A stretch of DNA of 64,000 bases from Piedraia hortae CBS 480.64 (taxonomy: Eukaryota). Shown in pieces: positions 1 through 9,374 of the stretch. Under the pieces are notes generated by a model. The model did no database searches and had not been told where the DNA came from. It saw only the letters and a list, made by a program, of their open reading frames with translations. The position numbers were made by a program, and so were the translations under genes. The DNA is taken from the NCBI GenBank assembly GCA_010093745.1, contig MU006000.1:62001-126000 (forward strand). The letters are read 5' to 3'. Position 1 is the stretch's first letter, and every line of letters starts with the position of its first letter.

Positions 1-2
1 AG

Positions 3-680
3 CTTGTGCGTGGTGTCGACTATCTCCACGGCCACGGCATCGCCCACCGTGACATTAAGTCCGACAACCTCCTCCTCACACGGGACGGCTGCCTCAAAAT
101 CGCCGATTTCGGCACATGCGACGTGTTTAGCGGTCCCCATCCCGGCTTCCGCAGTCAAGGCATACCCGACCCCGTGCAAGACGCATGCGAGGTCCGCTTT
201 TGCGAGCCCGGTCTAGTCGGCAGCAAGCCATACATGGCACCAGAAATCGTCTCCCGAGGAGGGAAATACGACCCACGCGCAGTCGACGTCTGGAGTTGCG
301 CAATCGTCTACGTAACATTAATAACAGGCGGCACACCCTGGGAAAGTGCCGACCCCTTGGTCAAAAACTATGGAATCTATACTCGATCCTGGGAAGAATT
401 TGAACAGAAGTTCCCTCATGTCGATATGCTTGGCGAGGAGTATCCTCCATTGCCTAGCTTCGCGTCCTCGAAGCAGTTTGCCTCGTTGGGAACTCTGAGC
501 ATCAGAGGCATCATCATGGCTATGCTCAACCCTGATCCGGCTAAGCGAGTTCAGATTGATAAAGTCAAGTCGCATAAAATCATTGATGAATTCGCGTGTT
601 GTCAGCAGAAGGGTTATAGTCAGGACTTGAAGAACAGACAGAGGAAGGCTTTGCATAACCACTGTATTAAGAAGAAGTAG
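3..680 (+). CDS. Ser/Thr protein kinase, HAL4/NPR/PTK-like family (5' part outside window)
   Basis: HRDIKSDNLLL catalytic loop, DFG, GSKPYMAPE, YDPRAVDVWS. The frame is open from the window start. Confidence 0.88.
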   Translation, partial: LVRGVDYLHGHGIAHRDIKSDNLLLTRDGCLKIADFGTCDVFSGPHPGFRSQGIPDPVQDACEVRFCEPGLVGSKPYMAPEIVSRGGKYDPRAVDVWSCAIVYVTLITGGTPWESADPLVKNYGIYTRSWEEFEQKFPHVDMLGEEYPPLPSFASSKQFASLGTLSIRGIIMAMLNPDPAKRVQIDKVKSHKIIDEFACCQQKGYSQDLKNRQRKALHNHCIKKK

Positions 681-762
681 AGTAATCAACAAAGGTTTCA
701 TTGGACAAGAAGCTTTTACAGAGGATGAAATACACCAATACAATATTTCTTTCTCTTGGTAA

Positions 763-3030
763 TCACTTTTCTTCCATAATCTCATCAAGCACCAGTTCCC
801 TTAGTCTCTCCGGCGGCGGTGTAGTCTTGGACCTCATCTGGGGCTTGAACGAAATCCCATACGGGATAACATGTTTCAAGTCCATATCCGGGGTGTAATT
901 CTCATCCAAGAATACAGAGGGATACTCGTCATCTGTTTCTCGTCGCTTCGGTATCGGATCCTCTTTCTGTGAACGCAGAGGACAGGTCAGTAAAGCGACG
1001 ACTTTGGGATGGGTCGGTCTTTTTCTCGCTAGAGGAGGAGGTTGCACCTGTTCCGTGGTGGGAAAGGATATGTGCAGGGAATTTCTGTTTGGTTGGATGC
1101 GGGTTCGGGAGATGGAGGAGTATTTGGATACCTTTTTTCTGTCCGTCTTGCGGGGGGAGGTCGTTCCAGTGGAATTTCTCTCGCCATTTTCGTTACTTGG
1201 TGAGGCTGGTTGGGAGACGACGTCTGAGGCCTTTGGTCGGGGTCGAGCAAGTGGGATTAGACTTCGGGGTGAGGTTGCTCCTGAGTTGGGTCCCGAGCTT
1301 GCTTTTGTTGAGTTGACTGTCCTGACACATGGTGATTCCGATCCGGAGCTCCGGGCGGGGCCATCATCTGGTCGTGGGGGTGTTGCGAGTCTTGGTATCT
1401 TGGGTTCACCTGGGTTTAAGGTCAACGTCATCTTCCCATCAGGGGCCGCATATGTCTGGTCGTTGCTTTGCTGGGAGCCTGCCTGCTCAGCAATACGCTC
1501 CAGTGCCTTGACCTTGTCTAGTCTTGTCGATCGCCCAAAGACAGGTGTATGGCCATCGCATGTTGCACAGTTGGGTGAAGACTCCTGCAACTGGTGCTTG
1601 CCTGCTGCTGTCGACCTTCTAGGGACGCGTGCAATGTGTAGTGCTTGCTCGAACATACGCTCAACTTTCTTGTCATGACCTGGTCCCGTAGATAGTTCAC
1701 CATTTCCTGATGCCTGCTCTGACGTGAGCTTCAAAGCAGTCGACTGGTTTGGTTCGATTGGGCCTCCAACTGAAAATGTGAGGCCATTGCACAGTGGGCT
1801 TTCTTGCTCAGGCTTGAGCTTCAGCGCCTTGGAGTTGTCTGGTCCAATCGGCCCAGGTGTAAACCCATTCCATATTACATTGTTAGACACAAGGCCCAAT
1901 CCCTGGAGATAGTCTGGCCCCGTCGACTCTTCAGAGACAGGTATACTCCCACTACCTGCAGCATACTCCGGCCCCAAATCCTTTGTCAGACCCATACACG
2001 ACCGGCGTAAGCCATCCATACACTCGCCCTCGAGCCTCCTCCACGTCTTCTCCTTGGGTACTTCATCGTCCCTCCCATCGACTCCCACTGCTATCACCAA
2101 GAATGCCACCAAAGTCCCCAACACCGTCTCCCCTCTGTCCATCCCCCCAGTCGACACACAAACATGAAACATCACCTCCCCGGCCAGCAATGGATTCCTG
2201 CGAAGTAGCACCACCGCCTTCCCCGTCGCCAAATACGCATACATCAATCCCTTCCTCACCATTCCATCATACCCCCTCGCCAAGAGTTTCGCACACTCCC
2301 TCGTCGGCCCATGGTTCGAACACACCGCGTCCGCGAAGCGGGTAATCCCTCCCAAACCCTCAACAAGCAAATCAGTATGAAGATCCAAGTACTCCACCCC
2401 CACAACCCTCTCTCCCTTGTGCATCACAAACCCTGTCGACGTGCCCGATGACTCAAACTGCACAGTTCTCTGACCAAAAATTTTTGCAAAGATCTCGAGG
2501 AGGGGAATTTCCCTCAATACCGTCTCTAGCTTGGTGACATTAACTTCCTGAGCGCAGAGCATTTCTACACCCTTTGAGGGGCTCTGGAATTGGCAAGAGG
2601 AGAAGATGTTTTGCACGCTGGAGAATAAAATGTCCCGCTCCAGAGGGAAGGAGAGCCAGGGGATTACACTTTTCGGACAGAGTTCCATGCCGGTTAGGAA
2701 GATCGCTTCGCTTGCGTGGGGAGGAATGGAGAGGGTGAGGGTGTGGTTTTGGGAGATGAACTCGGTGAAGGTTTGGTGGGCTGCGGGGGGTTCGTTTGCT
2801 GAGTGTGGTTGTTGGACTGTGAGGGTTGGGATGCGTGAGGTGAGGTTTGAGAGGCCATCTTTTTGTGTGGTATGGGTAGACTTGGCTTGCGGCCTGTTCT
2901 GCTGCGCTGTGGTGAGCTCCGAGGAGCTTTCTTTTTGTGTGTTGAGAGTAAGCACAGGCTGAGGCCTGGGTTGTCGTACTACGGACCTGAGGTAAGGCAT
3001 TGTGTTGTGTGGTGGCTTAGCGTTGGACAC
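763..3030 (-). CDS. Hypothetical 755-aa protein; central region resembles a degenerate fungal REase-like domain, Ser/Pro-rich C-terminus
   Basis: Long uninterrupted ORF. The motifs VGVEY...GYDGMVRKGLMYAYLATGKAVVLL...VMFHVC recall the fungal VEYK...YM...YGYxxTGExxVFL family. Contains an internal 30-aa duplication. Confidence 0.6.
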   Translation of the reverse strand: MSNAKPPHNTMPYLRSVVRQPRPQPVLTLNTQKESSSELTTAQQNRPQAKSTHTTQKDGLSNLTSRIPTLTVQQPHSANEPPAAHQTFTEFISQNHTLTLSIPPHASEAIFLTGMELCPKSVIPWLSFPLERDILFSSVQNIFSSCQFQSPSKGVEMLCAQEVNVTKLETVLREIPLLEIFAKIFGQRTVQFESSGTSTGFVMHKGERVVGVEYLDLHTDLLVEGLGGITRFADAVCSNHGPTRECAKLLARGYDGMVRKGLMYAYLATGKAVVLLRRNPLLAGEVMFHVCVSTGGMDRGETVLGTLVAFLVIAVGVDGRDDEVPKEKTWRRLEGECMDGLRRSCMGLTKDLGPEYAAGSGSIPVSEESTGPDYLQGLGLVSNNVIWNGFTPGPIGPDNSKALKLKPEQESPLCNGLTFSVGGPIEPNQSTALKLTSEQASGNGELSTGPGHDKKVERMFEQALHIARVPRRSTAAGKHQLQESSPNCATCDGHTPVFGRSTRLDKVKALERIAEQAGSQQSNDQTYAAPDGKMTLTLNPGEPKIPRLATPPRPDDGPARSSGSESPCVRTVNSTKASSGPNSGATSPRSLIPLARPRPKASDVVSQPASPSNENGERNSTGTTSPRKTDRKKVSKYSSISRTRIQPNRNSLHISFPTTEQVQPPPLARKRPTHPKVVALLTCPLRSQKEDPIPKRRETDDEYPSVFLDENYTPDMDLKHVIPYGISFKPQMRSKTTPPPERLRELVLDEIMEEK

Positions 3031-3507
3031 AGTGGGAAAACGCTTCGCGCTGGTGCTGAGAACGGGATGGATGGGTGAACGAGAGCGAGAGGGAAAGAGA
3101 AGATTGGCACCTGAAGTGCACTTGCCGTTATGCTGACGAATTGTGCTATGGAGTCAGCAGAATCTGATGTTGGGATTGTGGAAGCTGCTAGGGAATCTTG
3201 CTCAAAGTCAGCCATAGAGTTAAAGCTAGGTTTCAGACTCATCTTTGTTCCCTGAACTTAAATCTGTGAAAGTCTGCTTGTGGATACGTTTGCATTGAAC
3301 GAACAGAAAATGCCTCCTCCCGCAATTTGCGCTGACTAGCTCAATGACTCATCAAAACTGCACATCGCTTCTACATAGCTGTCCCAGCTCTGTACATACG
3401 GTAGAAATTGGACAGGCTGACGAAAATGAAGCCGCTGAAAACTTCACGGTATATGCTTCAGGCATTAGATCAACATACAGTTATGGACCATTGTTCATTA
3501 TCTAACT

Positions 3508-6500
3508 TTAATCTAAGAGACTCTGTTCCCTTGACCAGTCAAGGTTTTTCCTGGCTGTTTCATGGTCGTCCAGCTCCAAGAGGGGAGTTGGTTCCTTGGT
3601 GTCCATGACATTGCCAACCTGATCAGCCGACGGCTCGGGCTGTCCGTTGGGTTCAGCAGGCTGGACAGTCGTCGTCTTGCACACGGGGCATATGCACGGC
3701 TCCCCGCACATCTCCCCGCATGGGTGCCCGCACGGGAGGACCCTCTCGCAGCCCTCATCACAGGAAATAATGTCGTGTGGGAAGGGGTGACAGGTGACCC
3801 GGCACAAATGCCCGCAGGCGAGAGATTCCGTGCAAATCTGCTTGCATCCTCCGGAGATGGCCTTCCAGTCGTCGGGGTCACGCATTTGCGTCACGACCTG
3901 GTGCTTATCGCACTTCACTGGCAGGTAATCGGCCAGACGACGGAATGGCGGGTTCTTGGGCTTCTCATATCTTTTTTTGGAGAGAGCCATAATGTTGATG
4001 ACCTTGGCCCACGTTTCGTAGTTGAAGAGAACCTCGCCGTCACCGAAAATGTAGAGCCCCATTTGTGCCCGAGACAGGGCCACGCACACGCGGTTGTCGA
4101 TCGACAAAAATCCAATCTTTTTATTTTCGTTACTACGTACCAGCGACAAGATGACGATATTGTTCTCCTCGCCCTGGTATGAGTCAACGGTAACTACGTT
4201 GAAAAATCGGCCCGCCAGACCCGGGCACTTGCGGAGGGCCGAGAGCAAGAACTTGCGCTGGCCGTTGTAAAAAGTCAAGATTGTAATTTTGTCGGGACCC
4301 ACATTGTTATAAATGAGGTATTCGACGAAACCCACGATCATGTCGGCCTCACGCTGGTTGTAGGCAGACATTTGGTCGTCGTGCTGCTCGGGCCAGTTGT
4401 GGCTCATGAAGAACGAGTTAACCCCCCCCATGCCGGGCACGTCCGGTCTTATACCCGGGTCACTCATCGCGGGATGGTCTATGATCAAGTCTCCGTAGAT
4501 TGGGCGTAGAATACGCCGAATCTCTGGAATCATACGACGCTGACGAGACAGAAACGAGAATTCGACGCCGTTGTTCAGCATGCGTTCGAATAGAGACAGA
4601 TTGAGCCAATACGGGCTGTCTTCGTGTGCCTGAACGTGCGTGTGCGGCCGAAGCTGTTTGTGATCTCCGACCAGGATAAGCTGTTGCACCGTCGGCATAC
4701 AGGCCACCGTCACGGGTGCCTCAAGAGTCTCTGCCGCTTCTTCAATCAACACAATTCTGGGCTGCAACGAGGCAATGAGACCACGGTACTTGCTAAGACC
4801 GGTGGTCGTCATTCCCACAATCTTTTGCTTCTTCAAAATCACCTCGTTCTCTTCAAATCGCCCGACATGTGCCTCCCTCGCCTCTTTATTGTACTGCCTG
4901 GCAAGATTGCGAAACTCATCTGTGATGATTCGCTTCATTTCCTGCTGCAGATACCTGTAAACGGCGCCTCGATGGCCTTCAGGAATCTTCCACATGTCCT
5001 TATGCTTGAGTGCTACCTTGGCCTTTTCCTTGCTATCACCCATGCCGGTGCTCTTGCGACAGGTAAAGTTGTCAGCAAGCCACAGGACTTTGCCGAAGAG
5101 GCTGTCGAGGTCCTCGTCGTCTTTGGTCAGATTCTCAGCCTCCATCTCCTTTAGCTGCTCGAATGCCAGATCCGTTTCTTCGTATTCGAACCCGTAGTCT
5201 TCCTCCTGCTGCTTATGCGGAACGGGGACCAATGAGTTGCCAAGCCACACACTAAATGGCGATTTGGCCGCATCGCTGCCTCCGCTGTTGCTCTGAACCC
5301 ATTGCGAAGCACCGGTTTCCAGTGAGTCGGCCTGTTCCTTGGTCAACAGTCCCTTTTCTTCGAGGATTCGGCAGTGCATGGGCACGTTGTCTGGCTTCAG
5401 TGGAAGTAGCAGTTCGGACAGTTCTGTCTCCAGCATATTCATCTTTTTCTTCGCAAAGAACCTCAAACCACCCTGTAGCTGCGGCCGTCCCTCCGAATCT
5501 CGCAGACTAAACATGGTGCGCTCCTTGATGGCATCTTTGTCCTTGGAACGGCCACCCAATCGAGCGAATGCGGATTCAAATTCGACAATCTTGCGGAGAA
5601 TCTGATCCACGGCATGATTGGTCTGACAGGCAATGATGATTGGGGGATCATCAGGCTGTCGGCTGGCCAGAATAGCCCTAATCGCTTGAGTCGACACGAA
5701 AGTCTTACCGGCACCGGGCGGGCCTTGAACAATGGCCAACTTCTTGGTAAGGATACGCCGCAGAGCTTCCAGCTGAGAGCCATCGAGGCTGCTCTGGAGC
5801 TCATCTGGCCAGTTTGTAATCACATTGACCTCTTTGTACTGCGGGTCATCTTCACCCAGAGCGCCTGTCAGGTCCATGATGGGATGTTCCTTGACGAAAT
5901 CGGGCTCGCCAACCTCTGGCACGGCGTCTACAAGATGCTCAGATAGGGGAAAAGGCTCCCTCATCATACTCTGCAGCGCCAACAGTGTGTGACGATCTGC
6001 TTCGAAGAAGCTGCTGCGTTCTTCGACCATCACAAACTCTTTCGCCGGATCAATCTCCAGCTCGTCATCATTGGCAATGAACAGATCAACCTCTGGCGGA
6101 TTCGATTGAACGCCGGTCAATGGCCGAGCAGCAACAGTGGCTACAATGGCCGTGGTCTTGAACATATCGTTCGCAGGAGTAAGAACAACAAGGCTGCCGG
6201 TGGTAAGCCGCTTTGACTGCTCCCAGAGAATCTGTTTACCGACCCTACGGATGCTAAACGTCACGCGAAGGGCAATACCGCGAGTTGAGCAGACAACGGC
6301 ACGAACATGAACCTTTTCGTAGATGCCAATCGTTCCCTTGAATTCGGACTCTTCGCCGGTTGGCGTCAAACGCACCTGAGAGATGGTTTCCCGCAGTGGG
6401 CGGATGCAGTCTTCACGCAGCAGTTCATACAACGCACCGAGGTATTCTTCTTTGGATTCCCAGGCACCTTGCGGCCTATTGGGAACAATCTCGACAATAT

Positions 6501-6738
6501 CGGGGTTGTTGCAATTTCCAGTATCGATATCCAGAATTTCCGAACTAGTTGGGATTTCTTTGCGGCAGAGCCACGAACCGCCCTCGACTGGCCTCACCGC
6601 ATCCTCGAAAAAGTATTTGCGGATGAGAGGATTGGGCCGCTCATTTTCAGACGGCGCCGATTGCCCTTCTACAGGCTCAGTGTCGGCCTTGGGAGCACGA
6701 CGAGAGCGAACAAAGCGCTCAACTAGATGTTCATTCAT
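3508..6738 (-). CDS. hrr1: ZNFX1/Hrr1-type SF1 RNA helicase with C-terminal NFX1-like Cys/His fingers
   Basis: QGPPGAGKT Walker A, CQTNHAVD, IEEAAE motif II, LVGDHKQLRP, TVDSYQGEE, VALSRA. C-terminal LACGHLC...CHP...LPCGHPC fingers. Confidence 0.88.
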   Translation of the reverse strand: MNEHLVERFVRSRRAPKADTEPVEGQSAPSENERPNPLIRKYFFEDAVRPVEGGSWLCRKEIPTSSEILDIDTGNCNNPDIVEIVPNRPQGAWESKEEYLGALYELLREDCIRPLRETISQVRLTPTGEESEFKGTIGIYEKVHVRAVVCSTRGIALRVTFSIRRVGKQILWEQSKRLTTGSLVVLTPANDMFKTTAIVATVAARPLTGVQSNPPEVDLFIANDDELEIDPAKEFVMVEERSSFFEADRHTLLALQSMMREPFPLSEHLVDAVPEVGEPDFVKEHPIMDLTGALGEDDPQYKEVNVITNWPDELQSSLDGSQLEALRRILTKKLAIVQGPPGAGKTFVSTQAIRAILASRQPDDPPIIIACQTNHAVDQILRKIVEFESAFARLGGRSKDKDAIKERTMFSLRDSEGRPQLQGGLRFFAKKKMNMLETELSELLLPLKPDNVPMHCRILEEKGLLTKEQADSLETGASQWVQSNSGGSDAAKSPFSVWLGNSLVPVPHKQQEEDYGFEYEETDLAFEQLKEMEAENLTKDDEDLDSLFGKVLWLADNFTCRKSTGMGDSKEKAKVALKHKDMWKIPEGHRGAVYRYLQQEMKRIITDEFRNLARQYNKEAREAHVGRFEENEVILKKQKIVGMTTTGLSKYRGLIASLQPRIVLIEEAAETLEAPVTVACMPTVQQLILVGDHKQLRPHTHVQAHEDSPYWLNLSLFERMLNNGVEFSFLSRQRRMIPEIRRILRPIYGDLIIDHPAMSDPGIRPDVPGMGGVNSFFMSHNWPEQHDDQMSAYNQREADMIVGFVEYLIYNNVGPDKITILTFYNGQRKFLLSALRKCPGLAGRFFNVVTVDSYQGEENNIVILSLVRSNENKKIGFLSIDNRVCVALSRAQMGLYIFGDGEVLFNYETWAKVINIMALSKKRYEKPKNPPFRRLADYLPVKCDKHQVVTQMRDPDDWKAISGGCKQICTESLACGHLCRVTCHPFPHDIISCDEGCERVLPCGHPCGEMCGEPCICPVCKTTTVQPAEPNGQPEPSADQVGNVMDTKEPTPLLELDDHETARKNLDWSREQSLLD

Positions 6739-7321
6739 GGCTGATGACTGTCAATAGCGACAAAGCCCCACCGAGAAAAATGGTTAGGCCAAGTCGGTCA
6801 ACCCATGTAGAGATGGACCCGTCTGTCTACAGGTGAGTTGTTTGTGGAAAGCAAAGTTGGTGTCAAGTGTCACCAAAATTTTGGTGCAGCTACCCGCGGA
6901 ACACTTCCGCCATCGCGGCCTTCTGCAGTTGTTTGCTGTCCGACGTGATGTTGCCATGGCAAGTCCATCGACAAGCCAGAACTCTTCTAGTGAGAATATA
7001 CTGAAGATTAGACCATGTAGCTGTCAATAGCCATCAGTGAAATGCCCTTCCCTGGTTGTGTGAACATGACTGTGAGTGGACGATAGATGAGGTCAATCGT
7101 GTGAGGTCGCTGCTTACAAAATGTCACACTTGACGCATTGATGTAAACGGCACAATCCGTTACATTAACCCACCAATCAGAGCCCAGATGGATACCTCAG
7201 CTACTTCATCCCGAACGTATCAGCTTGCGATCGGGCAAATGCTAATTAATAGTTCCATCAGACGGCGATATGAAGCAGTGCGATTCGCACCATAACCGGA
7301 TTGACACTTATTTGACACACG

Positions 7322-9265
7322 ATGACGGCAGTAATCTCAATGGCAAACTATGGCGAGGCAGACACCGTTGGCGAAGATGAGTTTGAGAATGAGGACGAAG
7401 AGATGGACGACGCCGAGCCTGAGGCGGACGAGGAAAATGGCGGCGATGAAGACGAAGACGAAGACGAGGATGTGGATGACGACGGCGAAGAGGAAGACGA
7501 AGACGAAGACGAAGACAACGAAAACGACGACAATGACGACAGGAGCGAAGCCAAGAGCTCCCCTCGACGGCCGCGTGCTAACGGTCAGCAGCCACCCGAT
7601 GTGCGAATGTCGCCACCGACGCCTCCAAGCAGACCAGCGGTGACAGCAGAGGCAGAGGCAACGGCAGAGACGGGGACGGGGACGGGGACGGGTGTAAGAT
7701 CAGAGGCGATGAATGCACGAATGTACGACATAGTACCGACCATGGCGGCGCCGCAGAGTACTTCGATAAACGCAGTGGCAGCGACTCCCGATATGCGCTG
7801 GGTGCTGACGGGCGGCACTGACGGCTACGTGCGCATGTACAATTGGGTCGACACGGCCAACGGCAAGGTGCCACTGACGGTGGCGCAGAAACACTCGTTT
7901 GTCGACTCCGTCATGAAGGCCGGCAGCCTGCTGACGTACTGGGAGAACGACGAGTTAACGGGGCCGCGCACGCCGGGCAAGGCAGACGAAGTCAAGTGGA
8001 CGTCGCCGGTGTATAGTCTGGCCATGCAATCGCAAGCCTTGTGGGCTCTTGCCGGCACCGAAGGCGGCGCCATCAATCTGTTCAGCTGTCGCCATGAGGC
8101 CGGAACTCGTATTACGGGCTTCAAGGAACATGCGTCGGCCGTGTCAGTGCTGACTCTGAGCAGCGATGAGCGGAGTCTGCTAAGCGGCAGTTGGGACAAG
8201 ACTGTCCATGACTGGGATCTGGACATTGCCAAGGTGAAGCGCTCGTTTCTGGGCAGCGGTGGCCAAATCAGTGCTATTCGTGTGCGGCCCTTGAGCGCCG
8301 TGCCTGTGCCTGATATTCCCGACTCTGACCAGCCCAGCACGACGTTTTCGACCAACACCCAGCCAAAGACTAACGGTCTAGTCTCCTCCGCTCCCGTAGA
8401 TGAAGATACAGCAGCCTCGGTTGACGGTAGTCTGTTCGGCGATGAACATAATTCGCTCTTCGACGAACAGCTGACGTTGACTGACGGCGATGAGCTCGAA
8501 AAGGCGCTGCAGAAGGAGCTGGAGGCAGCCGAACGAAATGAGGCCGCGGCTGCAGAGTCGGCTGCAAGCGGACAGGCAGTGGGCTTGACGGGCAACTATC
8601 CGTCATCAAACGTTCCCAACGGCATTTCTCATGCCGAGGAGCCACTAACGACTCCACCCACAGAGGAAAGCGTCCCAAAGGTTCAGAGTGGAGCACATCT
8701 TCCGCCCCAGTCAGAGTCCACCTTCCTCTCGTCTACTGTCAATGGCACCGTCAGCATCTGGGACCGCCGCGTGCAGAACGCCGTGGCCACCATCCAGCCG
8801 TCCGCAAATACGCCACGGTGGTGTTGGGATGCGTGTTGGTCCCCAGATGGAAACTTTTTCTACGTTGGTAGGAAGAACAACATCGTTGACGAATATTCTA
8901 TCCACCATCTCTCGTCTAGGAACCGAGAGCCTAGCCGGCAGTTTCGATTTCACTCGGGCTCCGGTCCCGTCTACGCTCTGCAGGCCATGCCTAACGGACG
9001 GCACTTGGTCTGCGCCAGTAAAGATATTTTGCGAATTTACAATCTCCAACATAGTAGTGCTGAAGGGAAGAACAAGTCGGCAATGCCTTTCACCATCGTT
9101 CCCGGTCATAGAGGCGGCGTCATCAGTGCCATCCATCTCGATCCCTCGTGCAGGTTCATGTTGACCGCTGGCGGCAATCGAGGCTGGGAGGGAACCGGCA
9201 CCGACGCACTTTTGGGGTATGAGATTGGTGTTCAGGATACCAATGGAGTTTGGAAGAGGCTCTGA
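7322..9265 (+). CDS. SPT8: SAGA complex WD40 subunit Spt8
   Basis: Very acidic N-terminus, YDIVPTMAAPQSTSINA, LTVAQKHSFVDSV, LLTYWEN, SPVYSLA, LSGSWDK, GGNRGWEG. The start could be 7340. Confidence 0.92.
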   Translation: MTAVISMANYGEADTVGEDEFENEDEEMDDAEPEADEENGGDEDEDEDEDVDDDGEEEDEDEDEDNENDDNDDRSEAKSSPRRPRANGQQPPDVRMSPPTPPSRPAVTAEAEATAETGTGTGTGVRSEAMNARMYDIVPTMAAPQSTSINAVAATPDMRWVLTGGTDGYVRMYNWVDTANGKVPLTVAQKHSFVDSVMKAGSLLTYWENDELTGPRTPGKADEVKWTSPVYSLAMQSQALWALAGTEGGAINLFSCRHEAGTRITGFKEHASAVSVLTLSSDERSLLSGSWDKTVHDWDLDIAKVKRSFLGSGGQISAIRVRPLSAVPVPDIPDSDQPSTTFSTNTQPKTNGLVSSAPVDEDTAASVDGSLFGDEHNSLFDEQLTLTDGDELEKALQKELEAAERNEAAAAESAASGQAVGLTGNYPSSNVPNGISHAEEPLTTPPTEESVPKVQSGAHLPPQSESTFLSSTVNGTVSIWDRRVQNAVATIQPSANTPRWCWDACWSPDGNFFYVGRKNNIVDEYSIHHLSSRNREPSRQFRFHSGSGPVYALQAMPNGRHLVCASKDILRIYNLQHSSAEGKNKSAMPFTIVPGHRGGVISAIHLDPSCRFMLTAGGNRGWEGTGTDALLGYEIGVQDTNGVWKRL

Positions 9266-9374
9266 AATGGTTCACATCGACATTGGTTAGGTGGCAGGAC
9301 TGCCCAAAGTGCTGGAAACCATGCTGATTGGTGAATCCTCGAGACATCCCGGTGGATTGGTTCACGGAACGTGC

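Noticed and set aside
7440..7695. GACGAA and ACGGGG tandem repeats
   Set aside because: Coding low-complexity tracts of SPT8, not an array; no CRISPR-like structure anywhere in the window.
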